Of a DNA stretch of 36,027 bases, positions 23,838-33,091 are shown one piece after another. Position 1 is the first letter of the stretch. Every line of letters starts with the position of its first letter. Made by a program: the position numbers and the translations under genes. The notes below the pieces were generated by a model. The model was given only the letters and a program-made list of their open reading frames with translations. It did not search any database and was not told where the DNA came from. This DNA is from Acidimicrobiales bacterium (GTDB lineage Bacteria > Actinomycetota > Acidimicrobiia > Acidimicrobiales > VFJN01), in the NCBI GenBank assembly GCA_036558145.1, contig DATBGF010000659.1, positions 1-36,027 of the forward strand. Direction: 5' to 3'.

Positions 23838-24590
23838 TCAGCCCAGCGCCGCTCCCAGCAGGGCGCCCCCGTCGACCACGAGGGTGTGGCCGGTGATCCA
23901 CGACGCCAGGTCGCTGGCGAGGAACAGCGCGGCGTTGGCGATGTCGGTGGGCTCGCCCAGGCGGCGCAGCGGCATGCGGGCGGCGATGGCCTCCTCGGCC
24001 GGCTCCCACAGCGCCCGGGCCATGTCGGTCTTCACCAGCCCCGGGGCCACGGCGTTGACCCGCACCTTGGGCGCCAGGTCGGCAGCCAGCGTGCGGGTCA
24101 GGTGGATCAGCGCGGCCTTGGTCACGTTGTAGTGGCCGATGGCGGGCTCGACGGACATGCCGCCCACGCTGGACACGTTGAGGACCACCCCGCCCCGCTC
24201 GGCCATCGACGCCTTCCACGCCTCCTGGCACCACACCACGGGACCCCGGAAGTTGACCTGCCAGGTCTTGTCGAAGCGGGGCAGGTCGATGTCGATCGGG
24301 CGGCCCATGTAGGGGTTGGTGGCGGCGTTGTTCACGAGGATGTCGACCGCACCGAACCGGTCCATGGTGGCGGCCACGCAGCCGGCGATCTGGTCCGGCT
24401 CGCCGGCGTTGGCCGCGAACACCGCGGTGTCGCCGCCGATCTCCTCCGCTGCCGCCTCCAGCGCGTCCTGCTTGCGGGACGACAGCATCACCGACGCCCC
24501 CGCCCCCGCGTACGCCGCGGCGATGGCCTTGCCGATCCCCCGGCTCGCCCCCGTGACCAGCGCAACCTTGCCGTCCAGCGTGATCTGCAT
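23838..24590 (-). CDS. Short-chain dehydrogenase/reductase (SDR) family oxidoreductase
   Basis: [10 protein letters not shown] cofactor motif, NNAA, and catalytic Y-x3-K (YNVTKAA). Start at ATG 24590 (MQITLDGK). Confidence 0.9.
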   Translation of the reverse strand: MQITLDGKVALVTGASRGIGKAIAAAYAGAGASVMLSSRKQDALEAAAEEIGGDTAVFAANAGEPDQIAGCVAATMDRFGAVDILVNNAATNPYMGRPIDIDLPRFDKTWQVNFRGPVVWCQEAWKASMAERGGVVLNVSSVGGMSVEPAIGHYNVTKAALIHLTRTLAADLAPKVRVNAVAPGLVKTDMARALWEPAEEAIAARMPLRRLGEPTDIANAALFLASDLASWITGHTLVVDGGALLGAALG

Positions 24591-24598
24591 GGACCGGC

Positions 24599-24604
24599 AA
24601 GCTA
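24599..24604 (-). promoter_or_regulatory. -10-like hexamer TAGCTT (minus strand), 8 nt upstream of ATG 24590 (SDR)
   Basis: One arm of the inverted repeat caagcta/tagcttg in the 34-bp divergent gap. Confidence 0.4.
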
Positions 24605-24611
24605 GCGCCCG

Positions 24612-24617
24612 TAGCTT
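24612..24617 (+). promoter_or_regulatory. -10-like hexamer TAGCTT, 7 nt upstream of ATG 24625 (DUF255 gene)
   Basis: The other arm of the same inverted repeat. Confidence 0.4.
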
Positions 24618-24624
24618 GGACGCC

Positions 24625-26634
24625 ATGAACCGCCTGGCCGCCGAGACCAGCCCGTACCTGCGTCAGCACGCGGACAACCCGGTCGACTGGTACGCCTGGG
24701 GCGACGAGGCCTTCGCCGCGGCCCGGGAGTCCGACCGGCCCATCCTCCTGTCGGTGGGCTACTCGGCCTGCCACTGGTGCCACGTCATGGCGCACGAGTC
24801 GTTCGAGGACGCCGAGGTGGCCGCGCTCATGAACGACCTCTTCGTGAACATCAAGGTCGACCGGGAGGAGCGCCCCGACGTCGACGAGATCTACATGGAG
24901 GCGGTGCAGGCCCTGACCGGCAGCGGGGGCTGGCCCATGACGGTGTTCCTCACCCCCGACGGCCGCCCGTTCTTCGGGGGCACGTACTTCCCCAAGGAGT
25001 CCCGGGGCGGGATGATCGGCTTCCCCGACCTGTGCCGGCGCATCGACGAGCTGTGGCGCACCCGGCGCGAGGACATCGACACCCAGGCCGGCGAGCTCAC
25101 CGCGGCGCTCGGCCGCACCGCCGGCATCGACCCGGCCGACGACCTGCCCGGCGTCGAGGTGCTCGACGCGGCGTACGGCCAGCTCCGCCAGCAGCACGAC
25201 GACATGCGGGGCGGCTTCGGCGGTGCCCCCAAGTTCCCCCAGGCCATGAGCCTGGACCTGCTGGTGCGCTCGCTGGCCCGCACCGGCTCGGCCGTGACCC
25301 GGGCCATGGTGGAGACCTCGCTCGACGCCATGGCCTCGGGCGGCATCTACGACCACCTGGGCGGCGGCTTCGCCCGCTACTCGGTCGACGACCGCTGGCT
25401 GGTGCCCCACTTCGAGAAGATGCTCTACGACCAGGCGCTGCTGGTGCGGGTGTACCTGCACGCCTGGCAGGTGACCGGCCTCGACCGCTACCGCCAGGTG
25501 CTGGACGAGACCGTCGGCTACGTGCTCGACCAGCTGCGCGATCCCTCCGGCGGCTTCTACTCCGCCGAGGACGCCGACAGCGAGGGCGTCGAGGGCAAGT
25601 TCTACGTGTGGACGCCCGACCAGGTGGTCGCGGCGCTCGGCGGCGACCACGACCGGGCCGACGAGGTCATGGCGTTCTTCGGCGTGAGCCCGGGCGGGAA
25701 CTTCGAGGGCGCCACCATCCTCAACCGCCTGGCCCATCCCGGCGACCTGGCCCGCCCGCCCCGCATCGAGGAGGCCCGGGCCCGGCTGCTGGCGGCCCGC
25801 GCCGAGCGGGTCCGCCCCGGCCTGGACGACAAGGTGCTCACCGAGTGGAACGCGCTGATGCTGGCGGCCCTGGCCGAGGCCGCGGCCGCCACCGGGCGGG
25901 AGGACTGGCTCGCCGCCGCCCGGGCCAACGCCGAGTTCCTCGTGCGGGAGCTGCGCCGGGACGACGGCCGCTGGCTGCGCTCGTGGCAGGCCGGCGGCGG
26001 CGCCCGCCACCTGGCCTACGCCGCCGACCACGCCGCCCTCGTCGACGCGTTCGTCCGGGTGGGCGAGGCCACCGGCGAGGCCCGCTGGGTCGCCGAGGCC
26101 CGCAGCACCGCCGACGCGCTGGTCGATCTGTTCTGGGACCCGGGGCGGGGCGGGGTGTTCACCACCGGCAGCGACGCCGAGAACCTGGTGACCCGCAACA
26201 AGGACCTGATGGACAACGCCACGCCCAGCGCCAACAGCCTGGCCGCCGTGGGCCTGCTGCGGCTGGCCGCCCTGAGCGGCGAGGACCGCTACCGCCATCA
26301 CGCCGAGCAGATCCTGCGCCTGGCCGGTCCCCTGGCCGCCCGCCACCCGACCGCCTTCGGGCACCTGCTGGCGGCGGTGGCGCTGTCGGTCCACGGGATC
26401 GACGAGGTGGTGGTGGCAGGCGAGCGCCCCGACCTCGTGGCGGTGGCGCAGCAGCGCTACCTGCCCCAGGCGGTGCTGGCGTGGGGCGAGCGCTTCGACT
26501 CGCCGCTGTGGGAGGGCCGCGACGACGGCCGCGCCTACGTGTGCCGCGGCTACGCCTGCCGCCTGCCGGCCACGGAGGCGGGCGTCCTCGCCACTCAGCT
26601 CGCTGACGGGGCAAATTCCTCCGGGAATCCGTAA
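24625..26634 (+). CDS. Thioredoxin-domain (DUF255) protein fused to a six-hairpin glycosidase-like domain (YyaL / SPATA20-like)
   Basis: 669 aa. N-terminus [23 protein letters not shown], then [18 protein letters not shown], then [23 protein letters not shown], followed by a long alpha/alpha-barrel-like region. Confidence 0.9.
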   Translation: MNRLAAETSPYLRQHADNPVDWYAWGDEAFAAARESDRPILLSVGYSACHWCHVMAHESFEDAEVAALMNDLFVNIKVDREERPDVDEIYMEAVQALTGSGGWPMTVFLTPDGRPFFGGTYFPKESRGGMIGFPDLCRRIDELWRTRREDIDTQAGELTAALGRTAGIDPADDLPGVEVLDAAYGQLRQQHDDMRGGFGGAPKFPQAMSLDLLVRSLARTGSAVTRAMVETSLDAMASGGIYDHLGGGFARYSVDDRWLVPHFEKMLYDQALLVRVYLHAWQVTGLDRYRQVLDETVGYVLDQLRDPSGGFYSAEDADSEGVEGKFYVWTPDQVVAALGGDHDRADEVMAFFGVSPGGNFEGATILNRLAHPGDLARPPRIEEARARLLAARAERVRPGLDDKVLTEWNALMLAALAEAAAATGREDWLAAARANAEFLVRELRRDDGRWLRSWQAGGGARHLAYAADHAALVDAFVRVGEATGEARWVAEARSTADALVDLFWDPGRGGVFTTGSDAENLVTRNKDLMDNATPSANSLAAVGLLRLAALSGEDRYRHHAEQILRLAGPLAARHPTAFGHLLAAVALSVHGIDEVVVAGERPDLVAVAQQRYLPQAVLAWGERFDSPLWEGRDDGRAYVCRGYACRLPATEAGVLATQLADGANSSGNP

Positions 26635-26717
26635 ACGCAGCGGCCAGCTGGCGCGTCAGTTGGGTCGTGAAACGAAATGCCGGGAACCAAACGGCGTTGC
26701 CGGACATCTATACGGGC

Positions 26718-26948
26718 ATGGAGCCCACCTGGCGTGGAGCGGCGGAGGTCGAGCCGGAGAGCCCCCTGATCCGGCTCGGCCCCAGCGGCTGGTGGACGCT
26801 GCTGGCGGCAGCGGCCCTCACCATCGCTCTCGTCATCGGACCACTGACCGCCCTGGCGCTGACCCACAACCTCGACAACGAGGTGGGCAGCACGCCGGAG
26901 GCGACGTTTCCCGGCGCCGGCCAGCCCGCGGCGGGGCCAGCCGGCTGA
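26718..26948 (+). CDS. Small hypothetical membrane protein (76 aa; 93 aa if GTG 26667 is used)
   Basis: One clear TM helix (WWTLLAAAALTIALVIGPLTALAL). There is no recognisable family, SD or -10, so it may not be expressed. Confidence 0.35.
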   Translation: MEPTWRGAAEVEPESPLIRLGPSGWWTLLAAAALTIALVIGPLTALALTHNLDNEVGSTPEATFPGAGQPAAGPAG

Positions 26949-26958
26949 GCCGGGACCC

Positions 26959-26999
26959 GCCGGCCGCCCGTCTGTCTCCGCCCTGGACGGGCGGCCGGC
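26959..26999. terminator. 14-bp perfect-stem hairpin (gccggccgcccgtc / gacgggcggccggc, 13-nt loop) between convergent genes
   Basis: Arms at 26959-26972 and 26986-26999 were verified by hand. The right arm abuts the stop codon of the minus-strand oxidoreductase. Confidence 0.5.
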
Positions 27000-28030
27000 T
27001 ATACCCGGATGACCGTCTTGCCGGTGTTGGCGCCGGTGAACAGCGCGTTGAGGGCGTCGACCGCCGACTCCAGTCCCTCGTAGACCTCGGTGCGATAGCG
27101 CAGCTTGCCCTCGGCCATCCACTCCCCCAGGCGGGCCGAGATCTCACCGAAGCGGTCCCAGTGGTCGAGGGACAGGAACCCCTCCATGCGGGCCCGGCGG
27201 TTGATCAGCTGGAAGTAGTTGGCCGGCCCCGGCGGGCGCCGGGTCTCGTTGTAGATGGCGATCGAGCCGCACAGCACCACGCGGGCGTGCATGGCCAGCC
27301 GGTCGAGCACGGCGTCGAGGATCGGGCCGCCCACGTTGTCGAAGTAGACGTCGACCCGGTCGGGGCACAGTTCCTTGAGCTTGGCCCGCACGTCGTCCCG
27401 GCGGTGGTCGATGGCCCCGTCGAGGCCGAGCTCGTCGAGCAGCCAGCGGGCCTTGTCCTCCCGGCCGGTGATGCCGATCACCCGGGCCCCGTGGAGCTTG
27501 GCGATCTGCGCAGCCAGCGACCCGGTCGCCCCGGCGGCGGCCGACACCACGACGGTCTCGCCTTCGGTGACCCGGCCCACGTCGACGATCCCGACGTAGG
27601 CGGTGAGCCCGGTGGCGCCGTACACGGACAGCAGTGCGGGCGCGTCGACCTCGGGCCCCAGGTCGGTGTTCAGCGGGTCGTCCCGCACGACCCCGTAGCG
27701 CTGCCAGCCCGGCAGGCCGTAGACGAAGTGGCCGAGCGGCAGCGTGGCGCACCGGGTGGCGACCACCCGGCCGATCCCGCTGGCCCGCACCACCTCGCCC
27801 ACCTCGACCGCGGGCAGGTACCCCTCGGCCTGGGACAGCCAGGTCCGCACGGTGGCGTCGATGCCGATCCAGTCGACCTCGATCAGCGCCTCGCCGTCGG
27901 CCAGGTCCGGCAGCGCGACGCCGTCCTCCAGGGAGACGTCGTCCTGCGTGAGCAGCCCCACCGGCCGGCTGCGCAGCACGACACGCCGGTTGGTGGTGGC
28001 GGCGAGGTCGATGGCGGTCTCGATCTCCAC
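26999..28030 (-). CDS. NADP-dependent medium-chain oxidoreductase (YncB/CurA, alkenal/one reductase-like)
   Basis: 343 aa. Rossmann motif VSAAAGATGSLAAQIAKL, plus DVYFDNVGG and the C-terminal FTGANTGKTVIRV. The start is GTG 28030 (TAGCTT 7 nt upstream) or TTG 28039. The ORF-track N-terminal 160 aa is Arg/Gly-rich junk that overlaps the next gene. Confidence 0.85.
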   Translation of the reverse strand: MEIETAIDLAATTNRRVVLRSRPVGLLTQDDVSLEDGVALPDLADGEALIEVDWIGIDATVRTWLSQAEGYLPAVEVGEVVRASGIGRVVATRCATLPLGHFVYGLPGWQRYGVVRDDPLNTDLGPEVDAPALLSVYGATGLTAYVGIVDVGRVTEGETVVVSAAAGATGSLAAQIAKLHGARVIGITGREDKARWLLDELGLDGAIDHRRDDVRAKLKELCPDRVDVYFDNVGGPILDAVLDRLAMHARVVLCGSIAIYNETRRPPGPANYFQLINRRARMEGFLSLDHWDRFGEISARLGEWMAEGKLRYRTEVYEGLESAVDALNALFTGANTGKTVIRV

Positions 28031-28037
28031 GCCCGGC

Positions 28038-28043
28038 AAGCTA
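28038..28043 (-). promoter_or_regulatory. -10-like hexamer TAGCTT (minus strand), 7 nt upstream of GTG 28030
   Basis: TANNNT match read directly. Confidence 0.4.
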
Positions 28044-28077
28044 TCTGACGCTGTGTCAGGTCCGCTGGCGGACGGTG

Positions 28078-28689
28078 TCAGGACTGCTGCCAGCCGCCGC
28101 GGTGGATCCGGGTTGCGGCGGGAGGGGCGGGGCGGCCGGCGGAGCGGCCGGGTGGGCCGGGGTCGTCGGCCGGGTGGCCCAGGGCAACCGCGCCCAGCGC
28201 CCGCCAGCCGTCGGGAACCCCGAGGGCGGCGAGGGCCGCCTGCTCGTGCTCGAACAGCCCGTAGAACAGGGCGCCCAGCCCGGCGTCGGTCGCCCCCAGC
28301 AGCAGGGTCTGGACCGCCATGCCGCCGTCGACCCACCAGTAGGGCACGGGCCAGGCATCGGGCCCGGCGCCCAGCCCGGTGGCGCTCTTGTCGTCCTCCG
28401 CGTAACGGCGGGGGTAGGCGGCGGGCTCGACCAGCGGCACGATCACCACCGGTGCGTCCAGCAGTCCCGGCCAGCGGAAGGTCGCCCGCCGCTCGGCCGG
28501 CAGCGTGGCGTCCCACAGACGGGCTGTCTCGTCGCCCTCCAGGACGACGAACGCCGTGGCGCGGGTGTTGCCTGCGCTGGGGGCGCGCCGAGCGAGATCG
28601 AGCAGGGTGTCGAGGACCTCGGGGTCGACGGGGCGCGGCGAGAACGACCGCACCATGCGGCGCCGGCGGACCGCCTTGCTCAGCTCCAC
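28078..28689 (-). CDS. Nitroreductase-family protein
   Basis: N-terminal AVRRRRMVRSFSPRPV, SAGNTRAT and PYWWVDGGMAVQTLLLGATDAGLG are typical of the FMN nitroreductase fold. GTG start at 28689. Confidence 0.85.
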   Translation of the reverse strand: MELSKAVRRRRMVRSFSPRPVDPEVLDTLLDLARRAPSAGNTRATAFVVLEGDETARLWDATLPAERRATFRWPGLLDAPVVIVPLVEPAAYPRRYAEDDKSATGLGAGPDAWPVPYWWVDGGMAVQTLLLGATDAGLGALFYGLFEHEQAALAALGVPDGWRALGAVALGHPADDPGPPGRSAGRPAPPAATRIHRGGWQQS

Positions 28690-28705
28690 CGGGAGCGGAT
28701 CCCGG

Positions 28706-29377
28706 TCAGGCGAGCTTGCGCAGCTCCTCCTCCATGGCCCAGCCGAACGCCACCAGGCTGTCGCCCTTGGCGGCGTGGAGGTCGTCGAAGCGGGCGGTCA
28801 CCTCGTCCTCGATCCCCTCCGGGTGCAGCGTCTCGTGGTCGAGCACGGGGGCGTGGCCGCCACCGTCGCCGCGGGCGAGGAAGGCCCGCTGATCGTAGGC
28901 GCTGGCCTCGATGCCGTAGCGCTTGGCCAGGCGGCCGCCCCAGGCGCGCTCCTCGCCGGAGGCGCGATGGCCGGCCCGGGGGACAACGTCGTTGAGGGTG
29001 CGGAAGGCGTCGAAGCCGCCGGGTTGGCTGAAGCGGGCGCCTACGAGCACGTCCTCGTCGGGGAAGGCGAGGACGGCCCGGCGCAGGAGGTCGGTGAAGA
29101 GACCGCGCAGGACCGTGTCGCGCTTGGAGGTGCGCCGCACGGAGGCGAGACCGATGAGCACGCAGGGGGTGCCACCGATCCGTTCGAGGGTGCAGAACGC
29201 GAAGCCCTTGAGACGGCCCTCTTCCCGGGCCTGCGTGACGAGGACCCACGCCTCGGCCTGCTTGTTCAGCATGCCGACCTCATGGCCGTGGGGACCTTCG
29301 GCACACAGGTCGGCCATCTCGACCAGCTCTGCGTCACTCAGCGCCGTGCAGTCCTTGGTGTCTACAGCTACCGACAT
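28706..29377 (-). CDS. Hypothetical protein, 223 aa, no family recognised (possibly acyltransferase-like fold)
   Basis: GC-rich third positions and ordinary amino-acid composition support coding. The N-terminal LSDAELVEMADLCAEG and a beta-rich core vaguely recall GNAT-like proteins. GGAG abuts ATG 29377 with zero spacing, so the start is uncertain (next ATG at 29317). Confidence 0.55.
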   Translation of the reverse strand: MSVAVDTKDCTALSDAELVEMADLCAEGPHGHEVGMLNKQAEAWVLVTQAREEGRLKGFAFCTLERIGGTPCVLIGLASVRRTSKRDTVLRGLFTDLLRRAVLAFPDEDVLVGARFSQPGGFDAFRTLNDVVPRAGHRASGEERAWGGRLAKRYGIEASAYDQRAFLARGDGGGHAPVLDHETLHPEGIEDEVTARFDDLHAAKGDSLVAFGWAMEEELRKLA

Positions 29378-29485
29378 CTCCTGTGCTGCCCCCGTTCTGC
29401 GCCGACGAATGAGCTACCAGTCCAGTCAAATCGCACACGTCGTGCAACTCGGGTAGCCGAACACGCGCGCGGCGCGCGCATTGCG

Positions 29486-32400
29486 CTACAGGATCGCGCC
29501 CGGTCCAAGTGCTTCCCGCAGCCTCCCTAGCAGGCCATTCGAGGTGTCGACGTTCCAGCGTTCGGGCAGGCGAACGATCTGCCGCTCACCGAGGTGGAGC
29601 AACACAGGCGCATCGCCCGGATGATCGGCGAGGACGTCCTTGAGGCGCCCCACGGTGGACTCCGAAAGCAGCGTCGGCGGCACGCGCACCCGCAGCGGCT
29701 CGGCGATGGCCTGGTCGGCCACCTCGATCACGTCGACGGCCTGGGCGATCAGCTTGGGGGCGTCGTCCCGGGTGTCGACCCGGGACTTGACCACCACGAC
29801 CGCGTCGTCCTCCAGCTTGTGGCCGTGCTCGGTCATCGTGCGGGGGAAGACCATGACCTCGACGGCCGAGCCCAGGTCCTCCAGCGTGAACACGGCCATG
29901 AGGTCGCCCTTGCGGGTCCACTTCTTCTGCAGCCCGGTGACCACCCCGCCCACCGACTTGAGCGCCCCCTCCTCGGCGTCGGCCAGGTCGGCGATGGCGA
30001 TGTCGCAGCGCCGGGCCAGCGCGGCCTCGGCCCCGAGCAGCGGGTGGTCGCTGACGTAGAGCCCGAGCATCTCCTTCTCGAACGCCAGCCGGTCCCGCTT
30101 GGAGAACTCGATGTCGGGGATGGCGGTGCGCTCGAAGTCACCGGCCCCGGGATCGTCGCCGGCGTCGCCGAACAGGGTCATGATCCCCATGTCGCGCTCG
30201 CGCCGGCGGGCCAGCGTGTGGTCGACGATCTGCTCGAACACCGCCAGCAGCCCCTTGCGGGGATGCCCGACGTCGTCGAACGCCCCGGCCTTGATCAATG
30301 ACTCGACGGTCCTCTTGTTGAGCACCTGGGTGTCGACCCGCTGGCAGAAGTCGTAGAAGTCGCTGTACGGCCCGCCGCTCTCCCGCTCGGCCACGATGTG
30401 GGCGACCAGGCCCTCCCCCACGTTGCGCACGGCGGACAGCCCGAAGACGATGCGCAGGCCCTCGCCGTCCTGCGCCGGCGTGAAGTCCGACGCCGACCGG
30501 TTGATGTCCGGCACCTCGACGGCGATGCCCATCGACCGGCACTCGGCCAGGTACACCGCCGCCTTCTCCAGGCTGGACTTCACGCTGGTCAGCAGGGCCG
30601 CCAGGTACTCGGCCGGGTAGTTCGCCTTCAGGAACGCCGTCTGGTAGGCGACGAACCCGTACCCGAACGAGTGCGACTTGTTGAACGCGTAGTCGGCGAA
30701 CGGCTCGATGATGTCGAACCACTGCTTGCCGAGCTCCCCGCCGTAGCCGTGCGCCTCGCACCCGGCGATGAACTTCTCGCGCTCCTTGGCGATGAGCGCC
30801 CGGTCCTTCTTCCCGCAGGCCTTCCGGAGGTTGTCGGCCTCGGCCAGGCTGTAGCCGGCGAAGCGCTGGGCGATCCTCATGACGCCCTCTTGGTAGATCA
30901 TGAGGCCCCAGGTGTCGCCGAGGATCTCCTCGGCGTCGGGGTGGAGGTACGCCACCGGCTTGCGGCCGTTCTTGCGGTCGGCGTAGTCGTTGTGCATGTT
31001 GGCCGCCATCGGGCCCGGCCGGTACAGGGCGACCAGGGCGGCCACGTCCTCGAAGCAGGTGGGGGCCAGCGAGCGGATCAGGGCGCGCATGGGGCCGCCC
31101 TCGAGTTGGAACACGCCGATGCTGTCGCCCCGGGCCAGCAGCTCGTAGGTCTTGTCGTCGTCCAGGGGGACGTTGTCGATGTCGAGCTCGACGCCCCGGG
31201 TCTCGCGGATCACCTCGAGCGTGTCGCTGATGACGTCGAGGTTGCGCAGCCCCAGGAAGTCCATCTTGAGCAGGCCGAGCTCTTCCACCCCGTGCATCTC
31301 GTACTGGGTGACGACCGGGGCGTCCTCGGGCGCAGCGCCGTTCTCCGGCTTGCGCTGGATCGGCAGGTACTCGGTCAGCGGCTCGCGGGTGATGACCACC
31401 GCGGCGGCGTGGATGCCGTCCTGGCGGCGCAGGCCCTCCAGCCCCTTGGCCACGTCGATGACCTGGCGGGTGTCGGGGTCCGCGTCGTACATCTCCCGCA
31501 GCTCGCCCGCCATCTTGTAGCCGTCCTCGTACTTCGGGTGCGGCTCCATGCAGGCGTACAGCGGCGTGTCCCGGCCCATGATCAGCGGGGGCATGGCCTT
31601 GGCCACCCGGTCCCCCACGCTGTAGGGGTGGCCCAGCACCCGGGCGGCGTCGCGCACCGCGGCCCGGGCCTTGATGGTCGAGAACGTCACGGTCTGGGCC
31701 CCGTGGTCACGGCCGTAGCGCTCGGCCGCGTAGCGGATCATCTCGTCCCGGTAACGGGAGTCGAAGTCCATGTCGATGTCGGGCATGGAGATGCGTGACG
31801 GGTTGAGGAAGCGCTCGAACAGCAGGTCGTAGCGGATCGGGTCGAGGTCGGTGATGCGCAGGCAGTAGGCCACCGCGCAGCCCGCCGCGCTCCCCCGGCC
31901 CGGGCCCACCCGGATGTCGGACCGGCGGGCGTGGGCGATCAGGTCCCACACGATCAGGAAGTAGGAGCTGAAGCCCATGTCCTCGATGACCTTCAGCTCG
32001 TAGGCGAGCCGGTCGACCACCTCGTCGGGCATCTGCTCGCCCCAGCGCTCGCGGGCGCCTTCGAAGGTGAGGTGGCGCAGGTAGTCCGTGTCGGACTCGA
32101 AGCCGGGCGGGAGCGGGAACGCCGGCAGCTGGGGCTTGCCGAAGTCGATCTCGACGTCGGCCCGCTCGGCGATCCACAGCGTGTTGTCGCACGACTCGGG
32201 CACCTCGTCGAACAGCGTGCGCATCTCGGCCGCGGTCTTCAGGTAGTGCTCGTCGCCCTCGAACTTGAAGCGGTTGGGGTCGCTCATGAGCGACCCGGTC
32301 TGCACGCACAGCAGGGCGTCCTGGGCCACGGCGTCGTGGCGGTGGACGTAGTGGCTGTCGTTGGTGGCCAGCAGCGGCGCCCCGATGCGCTTGGCCACCT

Positions 32401-33022
32401 CCATCAGCTGGGGGTTGGTCTTGTGCTGCGCGGCCAGGCCGTGGTCCTGCAGCTCCACGAACAGGTTGTTGCGGCCGAAGATGTCCTGGAGGCGCCCGGC
32501 CTTGGCCACCGCGCCCTCCATGTCCCCCTGGAGCAGCGACTGGAGCACGTGCCCGCCCAGGCAGCCGGTGGTGGCGATGAGGCCCTCGGCGTGGTCGGCC
32601 AGCGTCTCCCAGTCGACCCGGGGCTTGTAGTAGTAGCCCTCGAGGAATGCCCGGCTCGCCAGCTGGATCAGGTTGCGGTAGCCGGCGCCGTTCTCGGCCA
32701 GGAGCGTCAGGTGGTAGTAGAGCTTCTTGCCGCCCTCGGCGTCGCCGCCGGTGTCGTCGACCCGGCCCCGGCGGGCGGGGCGCTCGTGGCGGGACTCGTG
32801 GGCCATGTAGGCCTCGGTGCCGAGGATCGGCTTCACGCCCTGCTTACGGCACTCCTTGTAGAAGTCGAGGATGCCGTACATGTTCCCGTGGTCGGTGATG
32901 CCGATCGCGGGCTGGCCGTCGGCCACCGCGGCCCCCACGACCTCGCCGATCCTGGCTGCCCCGTCGAGCATCGAGTACTCGGTGTGGACGTGGAGGTGGG
33001 TGAAGCTTCCTCGACCCGTCAC
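29486..33022 (-). CDS. dnaE: DNA polymerase III alpha subunit
   Basis: PHP domain FTHLHVHTEYSMLDGA, a polymerase core (GRGSAAGCAVAYCLRITDLDP, MPDIDMDF) and an OB-fold C-terminus. I chose GTG 33022 with GGAGGGAG upstream. The ORF-track TTG 33076 is an alternative. Confidence 0.95.
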   Translation of the reverse strand: MTGRGSFTHLHVHTEYSMLDGAARIGEVVGAAVADGQPAIGITDHGNMYGILDFYKECRKQGVKPILGTEAYMAHESRHERPARRGRVDDTGGDAEGGKKLYYHLTLLAENGAGYRNLIQLASRAFLEGYYYKPRVDWETLADHAEGLIATTGCLGGHVLQSLLQGDMEGAVAKAGRLQDIFGRNNLFVELQDHGLAAQHKTNPQLMEVAKRIGAPLLATNDSHYVHRHDAVAQDALLCVQTGSLMSDPNRFKFEGDEHYLKTAAEMRTLFDEVPESCDNTLWIAERADVEIDFGKPQLPAFPLPPGFESDTDYLRHLTFEGARERWGEQMPDEVVDRLAYELKVIEDMGFSSYFLIVWDLIAHARRSDIRVGPGRGSAAGCAVAYCLRITDLDPIRYDLLFERFLNPSRISMPDIDMDFDSRYRDEMIRYAAERYGRDHGAQTVTFSTIKARAAVRDAARVLGHPYSVGDRVAKAMPPLIMGRDTPLYACMEPHPKYEDGYKMAGELREMYDADPDTRQVIDVAKGLEGLRRQDGIHAAAVVITREPLTEYLPIQRKPENGAAPEDAPVVTQYEMHGVEELGLLKMDFLGLRNLDVISDTLEVIRETRGVELDIDNVPLDDDKTYELLARGDSIGVFQLEGGPMRALIRSLAPTCFEDVAALVALYRPGPMAANMHNDYADRKNGRKPVAYLHPDAEEILGDTWGLMIYQEGVMRIAQRFAGYSLAEADNLRKACGKKDRALIAKEREKFIAGCEAHGYGGELGKQWFDIIEPFADYAFNKSHSFGYGFVAYQTAFLKANYPAEYLAALLTSVKSSLEKAAVYLAECRSMGIAVEVPDINRSASDFTPAQDGEGLRIVFGLSAVRNVGEGLVAHIVAERESGGPYSDFYDFCQRVDTQVLNKRTVESLIKAGAFDDVGHPRKGLLAVFEQIVDHTLARRRERDMGIMTLFGDAGDDPGAGDFERTAIPDIEFSKRDRLAFEKEMLGLYVSDHPLLGAEAALARRCDIAIADLADAEEGALKSVGGVVTGLQKKWTRKGDLMAVFTLEDLGSAVEVMVFPRTMTEHGHKLEDDAVVVVKSRVDTRDDAPKLIAQAVDVIEVADQAIAEPLRVRVPPTLLSESTVGRLKDVLADHPGDAPVLLHLGERQIVRLPERWNVDTSNGLLGRLREALGPGAIL

Positions 33023-33057
33023 CCGGTCCAACTCCCTCCATCGTGCGTCCTGCGGTC

Positions 33058-33091
33058 GTCCACAGCCTGTGGACAAATCACACCGATGTGA
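33058..33091 (-). promoter_or_regulatory. Two adjacent inverted repeats in the dnaE upstream / repeat-gene downstream gap: gtccaca-gcc-tgtggac (33058-33074) and tcaca-ccga-tgtga (33078-33091)
   Basis: Verified by hand. The region has locally low GC. It could be the terminator of the upstream gene or an operator for dnaE. Confidence 0.3.

Noticed and set aside
22876-26394. 1172-aa minus-strand ORF
   Set aside because: Only the C-terminal 306 aa (menA, from ATG 23796) show UbiA-family motifs. The remainder is antisense to the SDR and DUF255 genes and compositionally aberrant.
29465-29479. Alternating GC tract gcgcgcg-g-cgcgcgc just downstream of the dnaE stop, considered as a terminator or Z-DNA-prone element
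   Set aside because: The arms are only 7 nt with a 1-nt spacer and no U-tract. Such tracts are expected by chance at this GC content. At most it is a weak terminator candidate.
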